A stretch of 64,000 nucleotides of DNA from Candidatus Eiseniibacteriota bacterium (GCA_963792585.1 CAWBWI010000001.1:512001-576000), one strand, 5' to 3'. Shown: positions 41,419 through 51,269, numbered from the stretch's first letter. Notes: generated by a model not told the origin, from the sequence alone. Numbers and translations: made by a program.

Positions 41419-42613
41419 GACCATCGTCCTCGCCTTCAGCGGCGGCCTCGACACGTCGTTCTGCATCCCCTGGCTGAGGGAGCGCTACGGCGCGGATGTC
41501 GTCACCGTGACGGTGGACACCGGCGGGCTCGACGACGCAGCCCGCGCCGACCTCGAACGACGCGCGGTGGCTCTCGGCGCGGTTTCCCACAGGCTGGTCG
41601 ATGCCCGCCGGTCGTTCTTCGATGAGACTCTCGCGTACCTGGTGATGGGCAACGTGCTGCGCGGCAATTTGTATCCCCTGTGCGTCGGGGCGGAGCGCAG
41701 CCTGCAGGCGCGCGTGGTCGCGGAAGTCGCAACGGAACTCGGGGCACGTGCGGTCGCGCACGGCAGCACGGCGGCCGGGAACGACCAGGTCCGCTTCGAG
41801 GTCGCCCTACGTACCCTTGCGCCCGAGCTCGAGGTTCTGGCGCCGATCCGCGACGAGGGGCTCTCCCGCGCTCGAGAGGTTCAGTGGCTTGCCGAGCGGG
41901 GCGTCGAGTGGCCACACGCGCGTGCCGACTATTCCGTCAACAGCGGCCTGTGGGGCACCACGATCGGTGGCCGCGAGACCAATGACTCCATCGAGTCGAT
42001 TCCCGAGGAGGCGTGGATGCTCACGCGCGGCGCCTTCGAAGCCCCGCAGCCGCCATGCACGATCAAGATTGGTTTCCAGTGCGGGAGGCCGGCCACGCTC
42101 GACGGCACGAGCCTCGACCCGGTGGCGCTGGTGGAGCATCTCAATGCATTGGCGGGGCGCTATGGGGTCGGCCGTGGGATTCATCTGGGGGACACCGTCC
42201 TCGGTCTCAAGGGCCGGGTCGCGTTCGAGGCGCCGGCAGCGACGCTGCTGATCGCGACCCACCGCGAGTTGGAGAAGCTCGTCCTCACCGGTCGGCAGCA
42301 GCGTCTGAAAGACCAGATTGCGCCGCTCTACGGCGACCTCGTTCACGAAGGTCAGTTCCTCGAGCCCGCTTGCCGGGACATCGAGGCGCTCTTCCGACGC
42401 TCGCAGGAGCGGGTGACCGGGGACGTGCGCGTGCAGCTGCGGCCGGGTTCGGCCTTCGTACTGGGCGCGTCCTCTCCCTGGTCCCTCAAGGCCGCCTCCT
42501 CGGGGGTATACGGCGAGGCGGCGGGGGAGTGGAGCGCGGCGGACGCCCGCGGATTCTCGCGCCTCCTCGCGCTTCCGGGGATGCTCCACGCACGGGCGGG
42601 ACGTCGGGCGTGA
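41411..42613 (+). CDS. argG: Argininosuccinate synthase
   Basis: LAFSGGLDTS, YPL, HGST..GNDQVRF, GLKGRVAFEAP. Confidence 0.95.
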   Translation: MLETIVLAFSGGLDTSFCIPWLRERYGADVVTVTVDTGGLDDAARADLERRAVALGAVSHRLVDARRSFFDETLAYLVMGNVLRGNLYPLCVGAERSLQARVVAEVATELGARAVAHGSTAAGNDQVRFEVALRTLAPELEVLAPIRDEGLSRAREVQWLAERGVEWPHARADYSVNSGLWGTTIGGRETNDSIESIPEEAWMLTRGAFEAPQPPCTIKIGFQCGRPATLDGTSLDPVALVEHLNALAGRYGVGRGIHLGDTVLGLKGRVAFEAPAATLLIATHRELEKLVLTGRQQRLKDQIAPLYGDLVHEGQFLEPACRDIEALFRRSQERVTGDVRVQLRPGSAFVLGASSPWSLKAASSGVYGEAAGEWSAADARGFSRLLALPGMLHARAGRRA

Positions 42614-43686
42614 AGCAAGTCCTGCTGGACAAGATCGGCTCCGTCACATCGAACTGCCGGCTCTCGCGCGAAGTCCGGCTGGGCCCCGATATCCCCGTGG
42701 TGGAAGGCGGCGTGATCGCCGTCCGCGTGCTGGGAGCGAAGAGCACCTACAACGAGCTCGAACTGCCCTCGGGGCGGATGTCGAAGGTCAAGCCGGGCGA
42801 CGTGGTGGCGGGCGCCCTCGGTCACCGCAAAGCGCTCCTTGGCTACTCCGGGAGAATGCCGGAGTCCGTCCAACCGGGGGATTCGATCCACATCCTCAAC
42901 ACGGGCGGCGTGCTGGGAATCTGCGACGGGATCAACCCCGATCTCGGACGCCCGTTCGAGTGTCAGGTCCTCGGCCAGGTGCTGCACTTCCCGTACCTCG
43001 GCGAACGCGTCGGCCTGCCGGCCCACATTTCCCAGGGCGCGATCCCGATGGCGGAGACGCTGGATGTTCGCGGTGTGCCGGTGGTCGCGATCGTCGGTTC
43101 GTGCATGAACGCAGGGAAGACCCAGGCCGCTTGCGCTCTGATCCAGCAGTTCGCGCACCGCGGACTCAAGGTCGCGGCGGGGAAGGCGACGGGAGTCTCG
43201 CTCCGGCGCGACGTCCTGGCGATGGAGGATGCCGGCGCACGCCTCACGATGATCTTCACGGACCTGGGGATTGTGACGACGACGCCCGAGGTGGCGCCCG
43301 CAGCTGCGCGCACGCTTCTGACGCGACTCGCTGCGGATCGGCCGGATCTGATCGTCCTGGAGCTGGGCGACGGGTTGCTCGGTCTCTATGGTGTCCAGGC
43401 CATTCTCGGCGACGCGGCCCTGCGCGCGTCGTTCGGAGCGATCGTGCTCGCGGCGAACGATCCGGTGGCCGCGTGGGGCGGTGTGCGTCTGCTTGCCGAG
43501 CGGCACCAGCTCGCCACCACCGTCGTGACCGGTCCGGCGACCGACAACTCCGCCGGTACGCGCGTGATTTCTTCCGAGACCAACGTCCCGGCGTTCAACG
43601 CGCGCACAGACCCTGGGAAACTCGCCGAGGCCGTGCTCGCGAAGCTGCCCGCTATGTTCCGCGACGCGGAGTCGCCGGATGCATGA
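42610..43686 (+). CDS. DUF1611/DgcN-like P-loop-fold protein within the arg operon (candidate N-acylglutamate synthase)
   Basis: GTGA overlap with argG and 8-nt overlap with argC; VVAIVGSCMNAGKT, AGKATG and IVLELGDG motifs recall DUF1611-like proteins. Family assignment is by eye. Confidence 0.7.
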   Translation: MKQVLLDKIGSVTSNCRLSREVRLGPDIPVVEGGVIAVRVLGAKSTYNELELPSGRMSKVKPGDVVAGALGHRKALLGYSGRMPESVQPGDSIHILNTGGVLGICDGINPDLGRPFECQVLGQVLHFPYLGERVGLPAHISQGAIPMAETLDVRGVPVVAIVGSCMNAGKTQAACALIQQFAHRGLKVAAGKATGVSLRRDVLAMEDAGARLTMIFTDLGIVTTTPEVAPAAARTLLTRLAADRPDLIVLELGDGLLGLYGVQAILGDAALRASFGAIVLAANDPVAAWGGVRLLAERHQLATTVVTGPATDNSAGTRVISSETNVPAFNARTDPGKLAEAVLAKLPAMFRDAESPDA

Positions 43687-44746
43687 GGGGCGGATCCCGG
43701 TTCTCCTGTTGGGAGGATCCGGCTATGTCACGGGGGAGCTCTTGCGGCTGCTGGCGGCGCATCCACGCTTCGAGGTACGTGCCGTGGCCTCGACCAGCCG
43801 TGATGGTGGGGTGACCGAGGCTTTCCCGCACCTCGCCGGTTCCAGCCTCGACGGTCTCCGCTTCTGCCCGTTCGAGGCTCTGGGGAGTTTCTTTGAGCGT
43901 GGCGCACGCTGCGGGGTGATCGCGGCCACACCCCACGGTGTGACGGCCAGGCTCCTCGATGGTTTGTTGTCGGAAGCGGAGGCGAAGGGCGCGTCTGTAC
44001 GGGCGGTCGATCTCTCCGCGGACTTCCGTTACGCCGATCCGGCGGACTTTGCCGACGTCTATGGCCAAGCGCACGGCGCGCCCGCCCGCGCGACCTCGTT
44101 CGTCTGCGCGGTGCCCGAGCACTTCACGGGTGTGCCCGCCCGGCACGCGGCGCAGCCAGGGTGCTTCACGACCGCGGTCGTGCTCGCCGCCTACCCGATG
44201 TTCGCGCTCGGTCTCGCAGAGCCGGAAGTGTTCGTCGCCGCGGTGACCGGCAGCTCGGGCAGCGGCCGCACACCGTCCGCGGGCACGCACCACCCCGAGA
44301 GAAGGAGCAGCATGTATGCGTACAACCCGCTGACGCACCGCCACGAAACGGAAATGCGGCGGCTGCTGGCGCCGGCCGCGGGGGGTGTCGAGCCGGACGT
44401 GCAGTTCGTGCCGCACTCCGGACCTTTCGTGCGGGGCATCCACGCGACGCTGCGGCTCACCCTGAAGGAACCAATCCCGGCCGAAGACGTGGGGGAAGGC
44501 CTGCGGGCATTCTACGAGGGGGCCCCGTTCGTCGGCGTCACGACGACCCCGCCAAGGTTGACCGAAGTGACCGGGACGAACCGCTGCCGCATCGGCGTCG
44601 CCACGCGCGGGACGACCGTGGTTCTGACCTCCGTCATCGACAACCTCGTCAAGGGTGCGGCCGGGGGTGGGATCCAGTGGCTCAATCGCCTGCACCATCT
44701 CCCTGACGACATGGGTCTAGCCGTCACGGGCCTGGGGTGGTATTGA
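43679..44746 (+). CDS. argC: N-acyl-gamma-glutamyl-phosphate reductase
   Basis: GGSGYVTGEL, DLSADFR, PGCFTT, TGSSGSG, HRHETE, IDNLVKGAAG. Confidence 0.96.
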   Translation: MHEGRIPVLLLGGSGYVTGELLRLLAAHPRFEVRAVASTSRDGGVTEAFPHLAGSSLDGLRFCPFEALGSFFERGARCGVIAATPHGVTARLLDGLLSEAEAKGASVRAVDLSADFRYADPADFADVYGQAHGAPARATSFVCAVPEHFTGVPARHAAQPGCFTTAVVLAAYPMFALGLAEPEVFVAAVTGSSGSGRTPSAGTHHPERRSSMYAYNPLTHRHETEMRRLLAPAAGGVEPDVQFVPHSGPFVRGIHATLRLTLKEPIPAEDVGEGLRAFYEGAPFVGVTTTPPRLTEVTGTNRCRIGVATRGTTVVLTSVIDNLVKGAAGGGIQWLNRLHHLPDDMGLAVTGLGWY

Positions 44747-44747
44747 C

Positions 44748-45908
44748 GTGGCGCTCTCGCAGACCGCAACCGTGAGACCGCCGGTGCTCTTCGACGTCTA
44801 CGATCAGATGCCGCTGCGTCCCGTGCGCGGTCATGGGGCTTGGCTCGAGACTGGCGATGGGACGCGGTGGCTCGACTTCTACGGCGGGCACGCCGTGGCG
44901 CTCCTGGGTTACGGCCACCCGCGGCTTCTGGCCGCCCTCGAGGCCCAGGCGGGGACGCTCTTCTTCCAGAGCAATGCGGTCCCACTCGCCGTGCGCGAGC
45001 GCGCCGCCGAGCGCCTGCTCCGCTTCGGCCCCGCCGGGCTCGATCGCGTCTTCTTCGTCAACTCCGGCGCAGAGGCGAACGAGAATGCGCTTCGGCTCGC
45101 CTTTCGAACCACCGGGCGGCGGCAGGTGGTTGCGGTGGAGGGCGCCTTCCACGGGAGGACCGCGGCCACCGCGGCGGTCACCGCTGGGAGCGCAAGGTGG
45201 TACGCCTTTCCCGAGCGACCCTTCCCCGTGACCTTCGTGCCCTTCGAGGATGCGGGCGCGCTCGCCGACGCGGTCTCCACGGAGACCGCTGCGGTGATCG
45301 TCGAACCCGTGCAGGGGGTCGCCGGCGCGCGCGCCATGTCGACAGCGTTCCTTTCCGCCGCCCGTGACCTGACCGCCGCGTGCGGCGCACTCCTGATCTT
45401 CGACGAGGTCCAGTGCGGCATGGGCCGTACCGGGACGCCGTTCGCCGCGCAACACCACGGGATCCTGCCCGACGTGCTCACCGTCGCCAAGGGGATCGCC
45501 GGCGGATTCCCGGCCGGTGCGGTGCTGGCGAGCGAGCATGTCGCGACCTGCATGGGGCGGGGCGATCTCGGCACGACCTTCGGCGGCGGCCCGCTTGCCG
45601 CCGCGCTTGTCGAGACCGTGATCGACATCATCGAATCCGAGGACCTCCTGTCCCAGGTCCGGCGCCTCTCGGAACGGTTGCGCCGCGAGTGCGTGGTCGG
45701 CCCCGTCACCGCGGTGCAGGGGCTCGGCTTCCTGCTCGGTCTGCGCACCACGAGACCCGCGAAGGAGGTCGTGGGTGCCCTGAACGCGCGCCACATCGTT
45801 GCCGGCGGCAGCGCGGACGCGAACGTCGTGCGGCTCCTGCCGCCCCTGATTCTCGAGGACGGGCACGTCGACCTTCTTGTCGAAGCCCTGAAGGAGATCC
45901 CCGCATGA
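44748..45908 (+). CDS. argD: N-acylornithine aminotransferase
   Basis: NSGAEANE, FHGRT, EPVQG, FDEVQCGMGRTG, AKG, TTFGG. Confidence 0.93.
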   Translation: MALSQTATVRPPVLFDVYDQMPLRPVRGHGAWLETGDGTRWLDFYGGHAVALLGYGHPRLLAALEAQAGTLFFQSNAVPLAVRERAAERLLRFGPAGLDRVFFVNSGAEANENALRLAFRTTGRRQVVAVEGAFHGRTAATAAVTAGSARWYAFPERPFPVTFVPFEDAGALADAVSTETAAVIVEPVQGVAGARAMSTAFLSAARDLTAACGALLIFDEVQCGMGRTGTPFAAQHHGILPDVLTVAKGIAGGFPAGAVLASEHVATCMGRGDLGTTFGGGPLAAALVETVIDIIESEDLLSQVRRLSERLRRECVVGPVTAVQGLGFLLGLRTTRPAKEVVGALNARHIVAGGSADANVVRLLPPLILEDGHVDLLVEALKEIPA

Positions 45909-46915
45909 AGCAGTTTCTGGACCTCGATGACCTGTCCGACGCGCAGCTCGAGAGTGTGCTGGCGCGGGCCCGCCACCTGGAGGGGGAGCCGCACAGCGAA
46001 GCGCTCCGGGGCAAGGTCGTCGGCCTTCTTTTCATGAATCCATCCCTGCGAACTCTTGCCTCGATGCAGGCCGGGATCGGGCAGCTGGGGGGCACGAGCT
46101 TCGTGATCAGCCCCGGAGCGGGGAGCTGGCTCCTGGAGACGGGCGACGGCGCCGTCATGGACGGCGCGGCGGCCGAGCACATCCGGGAGGCGATTCCCGT
46201 GCTCGCCCAGTATGCGGACGCGCTCGGCGTTCGCTGTTTCGCGCGGGGGGTGGATCTCGCCGAGGACCTGGAAGACGGGGTGATCAAGAAGATGGCCGCA
46301 CTGGCGCCCGTGCCCTTCATCAACCTCGAATCGGCGATCTCGCACCCATGTCAGGCGCTCGCGGACTGGAAGACGCTCGACGATTGCGGGGTCCCACGAC
46401 GCGGCGGACGGTTCGTGCTCTCGTGGGCCTATCATCCCAAGCCGCTCGCCTACGCGGTCCCCGCGTCCGTTCTCGTCATGGCTGCGCGGAGGGGGATGCA
46501 GGTGACCGTGCTGCGCCCGGATGGCTATGAACTGCCGGAATCCGTGATGACCCGAGCGCGCGCTGTCGCGATCCGATCCGGAGGCTCCGTGGAGGAAACG
46601 TCGGACCGGCGCACGGGCATGGCCGGGGCAGACGTTCTCTACGCGAAGTCCTGGGGAGCGGTGAACGCCTACGGTCGGCCCGAGGTCGATGCCCTGCAGC
46701 GGGCGGGGCTTGGGGACTGGTGCGTGAGGGAGTCATGGTTTGCGGGCGCCGCCCCGAACGCCCGGTTCATGCACTGCCTGCCCGTGCGGCGCAACGTCAA
46801 GGTGGCCGACGAGGTGCTCGATGGTCCGCGCAGTGTGGTCGTTCGTGAGGCAGGAAACCGCCTGCACGTCCAGAAGGCTCTCATGATGGAGATGCTGGTG
46901 GAGGAGGCCCGATGA
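45905..46915 (+). CDS. argF': N-acylornithine carbamoyltransferase (ArgF', AOTCase/SOTCase family)
   Basis: NPSLRT (not STRT), W..E..MDG...EH, HPCQ, WAYHPKPL and HCLPVRRN are signatures of the acylornithine transcarbamylases. Confidence 0.92.
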   Translation: MKQFLDLDDLSDAQLESVLARARHLEGEPHSEALRGKVVGLLFMNPSLRTLASMQAGIGQLGGTSFVISPGAGSWLLETGDGAVMDGAAAEHIREAIPVLAQYADALGVRCFARGVDLAEDLEDGVIKKMAALAPVPFINLESAISHPCQALADWKTLDDCGVPRRGGRFVLSWAYHPKPLAYAVPASVLVMAARRGMQVTVLRPDGYELPESVMTRARAVAIRSGGSVEETSDRRTGMAGADVLYAKSWGAVNAYGRPEVDALQRAGLGDWCVRESWFAGAAPNARFMHCLPVRRNVKVADEVLDGPRSVVVREAGNRLHVQKALMMEMLVEEAR

Positions 46916-47874
46916 TTGGTTCCAGTGATCGCGAAACAACTCTGTTGGGCCTGAGGCGTGCGCTGCCCTACGTCCGGCTGTTCCGAGGCCGCACGTTCGT
47001 GGTCAAGCTCGGAGGGACCGCGTGCGGCGATCCCGAAGTGCTCTCGCGCGTCGTGGAGCAGATCGACATGTTGGTCACCTTTGGGATCCACATCGTGCTC
47101 GTGCACGGGGGAGGCGCCCAGACCACGACGCTATCGCGGAAGCTCGGGATCGAGGCGTGCTTCATCGACGGGCGACGCGTCACACCGCCCGGCGCACTGG
47201 AAGCCGCGGTGATGGCGATCGCGGGACAGGTGAACATGGGGATCCTCGCCGCGTGCCGCGCGCAGGGTCTCCCCGCAATCGGCCTTTCGGGTGTCGATGC
47301 GGCGCTGATTCGCGCCGTCAGGCGTCCCATCAAGTCGGAGGACCGGGGCGCCGGGCCCCAGGCGATCGACTATGGAGAGGTCGGCGATGTCACCGGGATC
47401 GAGGAGAATGTCCTCGTCCGGTTGGTCGATGCTGGGTTTCTCCCGGTCGTTGCCTCGCTCGCGGCGGATGACCAGGGGCATGTGCTCAATGTCAACGCCG
47501 ATACTGCCGCTTCCCGGATCGCCACGGCGCTCGGCGCGGAGAAGCTGATCTTCCTGACCGACACCCCGGGAATCCTGGCCGATCGGGACGATCCGGGTTC
47601 GGTCATCAGTTATGTCGACCTGCAGGGTCTGCAGGAACTCGAGGCGAGTGGGGCCCTTGCCGGCGGGATGCTGCCAAAGACGGATGCCGTGCGCAGTGCG
47701 CTCACCGGCGGCGTCGGCCGTGTGCACGTAGTAGGGCACGCAGGACCGGCGAGCCTGCTCGCCGAGGTGTTCACCAACGAGGGGGCGGGGACGTTGGTCG
47801 TGCGCAGCACCCGCGAGCTCCTTCCTGCCGAGCACGACGCGCCGGGTTCCGCAGTGGCCGGGGGCGTGGTGTGA
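46912..47874 (+). CDS. argB: N-acylglutamate kinase
   Basis: ALPYVRLF..VVKLGG, VHGGG, GRRVT, NVNAD, LTDTPG, GGMLPK, EVFTNEGAGT; no fused acetyltransferase domain. Confidence 0.96.
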   Translation: MIGSSDRETTLLGLRRALPYVRLFRGRTFVVKLGGTACGDPEVLSRVVEQIDMLVTFGIHIVLVHGGGAQTTTLSRKLGIEACFIDGRRVTPPGALEAAVMAIAGQVNMGILAACRAQGLPAIGLSGVDAALIRAVRRPIKSEDRGAGPQAIDYGEVGDVTGIEENVLVRLVDAGFLPVVASLAADDQGHVLNVNADTAASRIATALGAEKLIFLTDTPGILADRDDPGSVISYVDLQGLQELEASGALAGGMLPKTDAVRSALTGGVGRVHVVGHAGPASLLAEVFTNEGAGTLVVRSTRELLPAEHDAPGSAVAGGVV

Positions 47875-48962
47875 CCGATACCGAACTTCTCGCGCTTCAC
47901 CGCTCGATGATCGAGATTCCATCCCTATCCGGGGATGAGGGTGCGTTGTGTGGGGCGCTGATCGAGTGGCTTGCGGATCGTGGGCTCGTCGCGAAGCGGC
48001 TCGGCAACAATCTCTTCGCCGCGGTAGGCAGCGGGCCGACGATTGCGCTCAACTCCCACCTCGATACCGTGCCCGCGTCCTCGGGGTGGACCCGAGGTCC
48101 GCACCAGGCGGCTGTCGTGGACGGCAAAGTCCACGGACTCGGCAGCAACGACGCGAAGGCTGCGGCCGCCTGCATGGTCACCGCATTCGCGCGTTTGGCT
48201 CCCAGTGTGACACGGCTCGGCATTCGCCTGCTTCTCACGCTTTCCGCCGAGGAAGAGGTGGGCGGACGCGGCAGTGAGGTCCTCGTTCCGGAGCTGGACC
48301 GACTCGGCCTCGCGCCGGAGGCCGTGATCGTGGGGGAGCCGACGGGACTCGATATCGCGATCGCGCAAAAGGGGCTGCTCGTGCTCGAGCTGCGCACGGT
48401 CGGTCGCGCCTGCCACGCAGCGAACGGCCGGTCCCTCGACGCTCCCAACGCGCTGAGCCGCCTCGCCCGGGGACTGGTGGCGCTCGATGCGGTCGAGTTC
48501 GGCGGGCCGCACCCCCTGCTCGGGCCGGTCACGGTGGAACCGACGATGGTGAAGGGCGGGATCGCCCGGAACATGATTCCGCCCGAGGCGAGTTGCCTGA
48601 TCGATGTCCGCACCAATCCGGCGCCCGACCAGCGCGCGACCTACGAGAGGCTCGCGGCGGTGGTGGCCGAGGGCGAGTTAGTGTTGATCTCCGACCGGTT
48701 GAGGCCCTATGAAATCGACGTCGCCCACCCTCTGCTCGCCGCGGCCCGTTCGGCGCGACCGCAGGCGGCCCTCTTCGGCTCGCGCGGACTGTCCGACCTG
48801 GTGTTCTTCCACGCTGCCGGCATCAAGGTCGGACCCGGAAGGACCGAGCGCTCGCACACGCCGGATGAGTTCGTCTTCGAGAGCGAGGTCATCGAGGGAG
48901 CGCAATTCTATGAGCGGGCCGTTCGCGCCTGGGCGGCTTCGCTGAAGGGGGCGCTGGCATGA
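47871..48962 (+). CDS. argE: M20 deacylase (N-acylcitrulline/acetylornithine deacylase)
   Basis: LNSHLDTVP, GLGSNDAK, EEE, VGEPT, SHTPDE; located in the arg operon. Confidence 0.88.
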   Translation: MTDTELLALHRSMIEIPSLSGDEGALCGALIEWLADRGLVAKRLGNNLFAAVGSGPTIALNSHLDTVPASSGWTRGPHQAAVVDGKVHGLGSNDAKAAAACMVTAFARLAPSVTRLGIRLLLTLSAEEEVGGRGSEVLVPELDRLGLAPEAVIVGEPTGLDIAIAQKGLLVLELRTVGRACHAANGRSLDAPNALSRLARGLVALDAVEFGGPHPLLGPVTVEPTMVKGGIARNMIPPEASCLIDVRTNPAPDQRATYERLAAVVAEGELVLISDRLRPYEIDVAHPLLAAARSARPQAALFGSRGLSDLVFFHAAGIKVGPGRTERSHTPDEFVFESEVIEGAQFYERAVRAWAASLKGALA

Positions 48963-50143
48963 GCCGCCTGTGGGACCGCGGCGAGCCCCTCGAGCGATTC
49001 GTTCTCTACTACACTGCGGGGGAGGATCACGTCCTCGACGAACGTCTCGTCGCCTATGACGTGCGCGCCTCGGCCGCCCACGCCGCGATGCTCCACACGT
49101 GCGGCTATCTCGACGACAACGACCACGCGGTTCTCCAGCGGGCGCTCGAGGAAATCGGTTCGGCTCATGCGCGCGGGGAGTGGCAGATCGCGCTCGAGGA
49201 AGAGGACGTTCACTCCGCGCTCGAGAACCGTCTGGTCGCAACCGCTGGAGACGTGGGGCGCCGGATCCACCTGGGCCGTTCGCGCAACGACCAGGTGCTC
49301 GCCGCGCTACGCCTCTACCTGCTCGATGCCCTCGATGCGCTGGCCCTCTCCGCCGACGCCGTCGCCGCCGCGCTGGACGACCTGGCGGACCGGCATGGCC
49401 CCCTGCCCATGCCCGGGTACACCCACCAACAACAGGCGATGCCGACGACCCTCGCGCTCTGGTGCGGCGGATACGCGGCCGAGCTGCGCGACGACGGCGA
49501 GGGGCTGCGTTCGGCGCGCCGACGGGCGCAGCAGAACCCGCTTGGCTCGGCCGCCGGCTACGGCGTTCCAGGAATCCAGATCGACCGCGAGGAGACGCGG
49601 CGGGCCCTCGGGTTCGCATCGATCCACCAGCCGGTCACCGCCGTCCAGCTCTCGCGGGGCAAAGCCGAGGCATCGGCGCTCTTCGAGGCGGCTCTCTTGG
49701 GCCAGGACCTCGGACGACTTGCCGCGGAGCTCTGTCTCTTCTCCACGGCAGAGTTCGCATTCGTCCTGCTGCCCCCGGAGCTGACGACCGGCTCCTCGAT
49801 GCTGCCGCAGAAGCGCAATCCGGACCTCTTCGAACTGGCGAGAGGGCGTGGCGGAGAGGCGGTGGCCGCACTCAATGAAGTGCTGAGTGTATTCGCCAAG
49901 CTGCCATCCGGCTACCACCGCGACCTCCAGCTGATCAAGAAGCCTCTCTTCCGCGGGCTCGACGCCGTCGGTGCGACCGCTCACCTCTTCGTGGAAGCCC
50001 TGCCCCGGATCTCCTTCGACTCTGCGCGGCTCGCGGCCGCGATCGATCCGTCCTCACGCATGGCGGAGCGGGCGAACCGAGTGGTCGTCGACGAGGGGAT
50101 CCCGTTTCGGGAGGCCTACCGGCGCGTGAAGGAGGAGGGGTAA
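48959..50143 (+). CDS. argH: Argininosuccinate lyase (short, 394 aa)
   Basis: EDVH, GRSRNDQ, MPGYTH, GSSMLPQKRNPD, SGYHRDLQ, GIPFREAY. Confidence 0.94.
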   Translation: MSRLWDRGEPLERFVLYYTAGEDHVLDERLVAYDVRASAAHAAMLHTCGYLDDNDHAVLQRALEEIGSAHARGEWQIALEEEDVHSALENRLVATAGDVGRRIHLGRSRNDQVLAALRLYLLDALDALALSADAVAAALDDLADRHGPLPMPGYTHQQQAMPTTLALWCGGYAAELRDDGEGLRSARRRAQQNPLGSAAGYGVPGIQIDREETRRALGFASIHQPVTAVQLSRGKAEASALFEAALLGQDLGRLAAELCLFSTAEFAFVLLPPELTTGSSMLPQKRNPDLFELARGRGGEAVAALNEVLSVFAKLPSGYHRDLQLIKKPLFRGLDAVGATAHLFVEALPRISFDSARLAAAIDPSSRMAERANRVVVDEGIPFREAYRRVKEEG

Positions 50144-50278
50144 TCCGGCATTGCGTGGAATCCGCGCAGCAGGGCGACGATGGCGTGGGCCTTCTGGACG
50201 GTAGCACCACGTTCCGGGGCTGTGCTATTCTCCGGACTGCCCAGCCAGAGAGCTGTTACCAGGGAAGGTTGGGAGCGC

Positions 50279-50352
50279 GCGCCCGTAGCTCAGCTGGATA
50301 GAGCGTTTGCCTCCGGAGCAAAAGGTCACAGGTTCGAATCCTGTCGGGCGTA
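50279..50352 (+). tRNA. tRNA-Arg(CCG), CCA not encoded
   Basis: GCGCCCG/CGGGCGT acceptor stem, TTTGC-CTCCGGA-GCAAA anticodon arm, GGTTCGAATCC T-arm. Confidence 0.96.
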
Positions 50353-50360
50353 CAGAAAAC

Positions 50361-50394
50361 GAAGGCCGCCGGTTCTTACGACCCGGCGGCTTTC
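50361..50394. terminator. Hairpin terminator after tRNA-Arg, possibly bidirectional
   Basis: GAAGGCCGCCGG/CCGGCGGCTTTC stem flanked by AAAA and TTT, between convergent genes. Confidence 0.65.
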
Positions 50395-50410
50395 CGCGAA
50401 TTGGCCCCCA

Positions 50411-50866
50411 CTAGCCGAAAATGGCCATGCCCACATAGAAGAGAATCGAGAGGCCGACCAGGGCGTCGCCCGCCAGTCCGAGGACCAGCCCGACATACCG
50501 CGCCTGCTTGCGCGGCACGTCGATGTGGTCGATCGACCGGAGCGGCACCCGCAATGTGTCCGCGCGGCTTCCCGGCACGCCCGGATTCATCACGTCGGTC
50601 TTGAGTACCAGGAGTGACTCCCCCGTGCAGTCATGCCACAGGTAGACACCCTCGCGTCGGACGCCATCGTCAAGGACGAGGGTGACCCTCTGCCCCTCGT
50701 GGAGCGGGTGCCTTGTGCATGCCGGCGGGGGCGTCGCGCGTGCGTAGTGGGTGTCCACCATGCGGCCTGCGCTGTAGCCCAGCATCGAAGCGCATCCGGT
50801 GAGGAGCAAGATCGAGCCGATCGGAACCGTCCGCAGCACAGAAAATGCCCACCCTCGATCCGTCAT
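50411..50866 (-). CDS. Hypothetical lipoprotein with C-terminal TM segment
   Basis: Lipobox LLTGC; hydrophobic C-terminus; start could also be 50881. Confidence 0.6.
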   Translation of the reverse strand: MTDRGWAFSVLRTVPIGSILLLTGCASMLGYSAGRMVDTHYARATPPPACTRHPLHEGQRVTLVLDDGVRREGVYLWHDCTGESLLVLKTDVMNPGVPGSRADTLRVPLRSIDHIDVPRKQARYVGLVLGLAGDALVGLSILFYVGMAIFG

Positions 50867-50978
50867 CCGTAGATCTCCCATCACCCGACCGCCGGGTCGA
50901 GTATCCTCTGCATCGGAAGGGGATTCCACCCGGATCCCGGCCGGAGCGTCGTGCCGGAAGCACGAAGGAGCGCGCAGG

Positions 50979-51269
50979 ATGCAACGCGATTCCGATCCGT
51001 ACCGCAAACCAGAGCCACGTGGAGCGGAAGCATGGGTCCCACCGCTGGTGCTGGCGGTCGTCCAGGTCGCCCTCGTCGTCTCCCTGGTCGTATTCATTGT
51101 CGTGGCCAGGCCGCTGCAGGGCCGGATCAGCTTGCCATCGTGGACGATACCGACTGCGACCACCTTCTGCGGCTTATTCGCCGGCTACATGCTGTTGCGG
51201 GTGATCGTCAACGTTCGCGCGGCGTTTCGCGGCTATCAGCGAAGGAAAGATCCACCCGCGCGCTTCTAG
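50979..51269 (+). CDS. Small 2-TM membrane protein
   Basis: AAGGAG SD and two hydrophobic helices. Confidence 0.6.
   Translation: MQRDSDPYRKPEPRGAEAWVPPLVLAVVQVALVVSLVVFIVVARPLQGRISLPSWTIPTATTFCGLFAGYMLLRVIVNVRAAFRGYQRRKDPPARF

Noticed and set aside
50279..50420. tRNA-Arg as integration site of a genomic island
   Set aside because: No integrase and no duplicated tRNA 3' end seen in the window.
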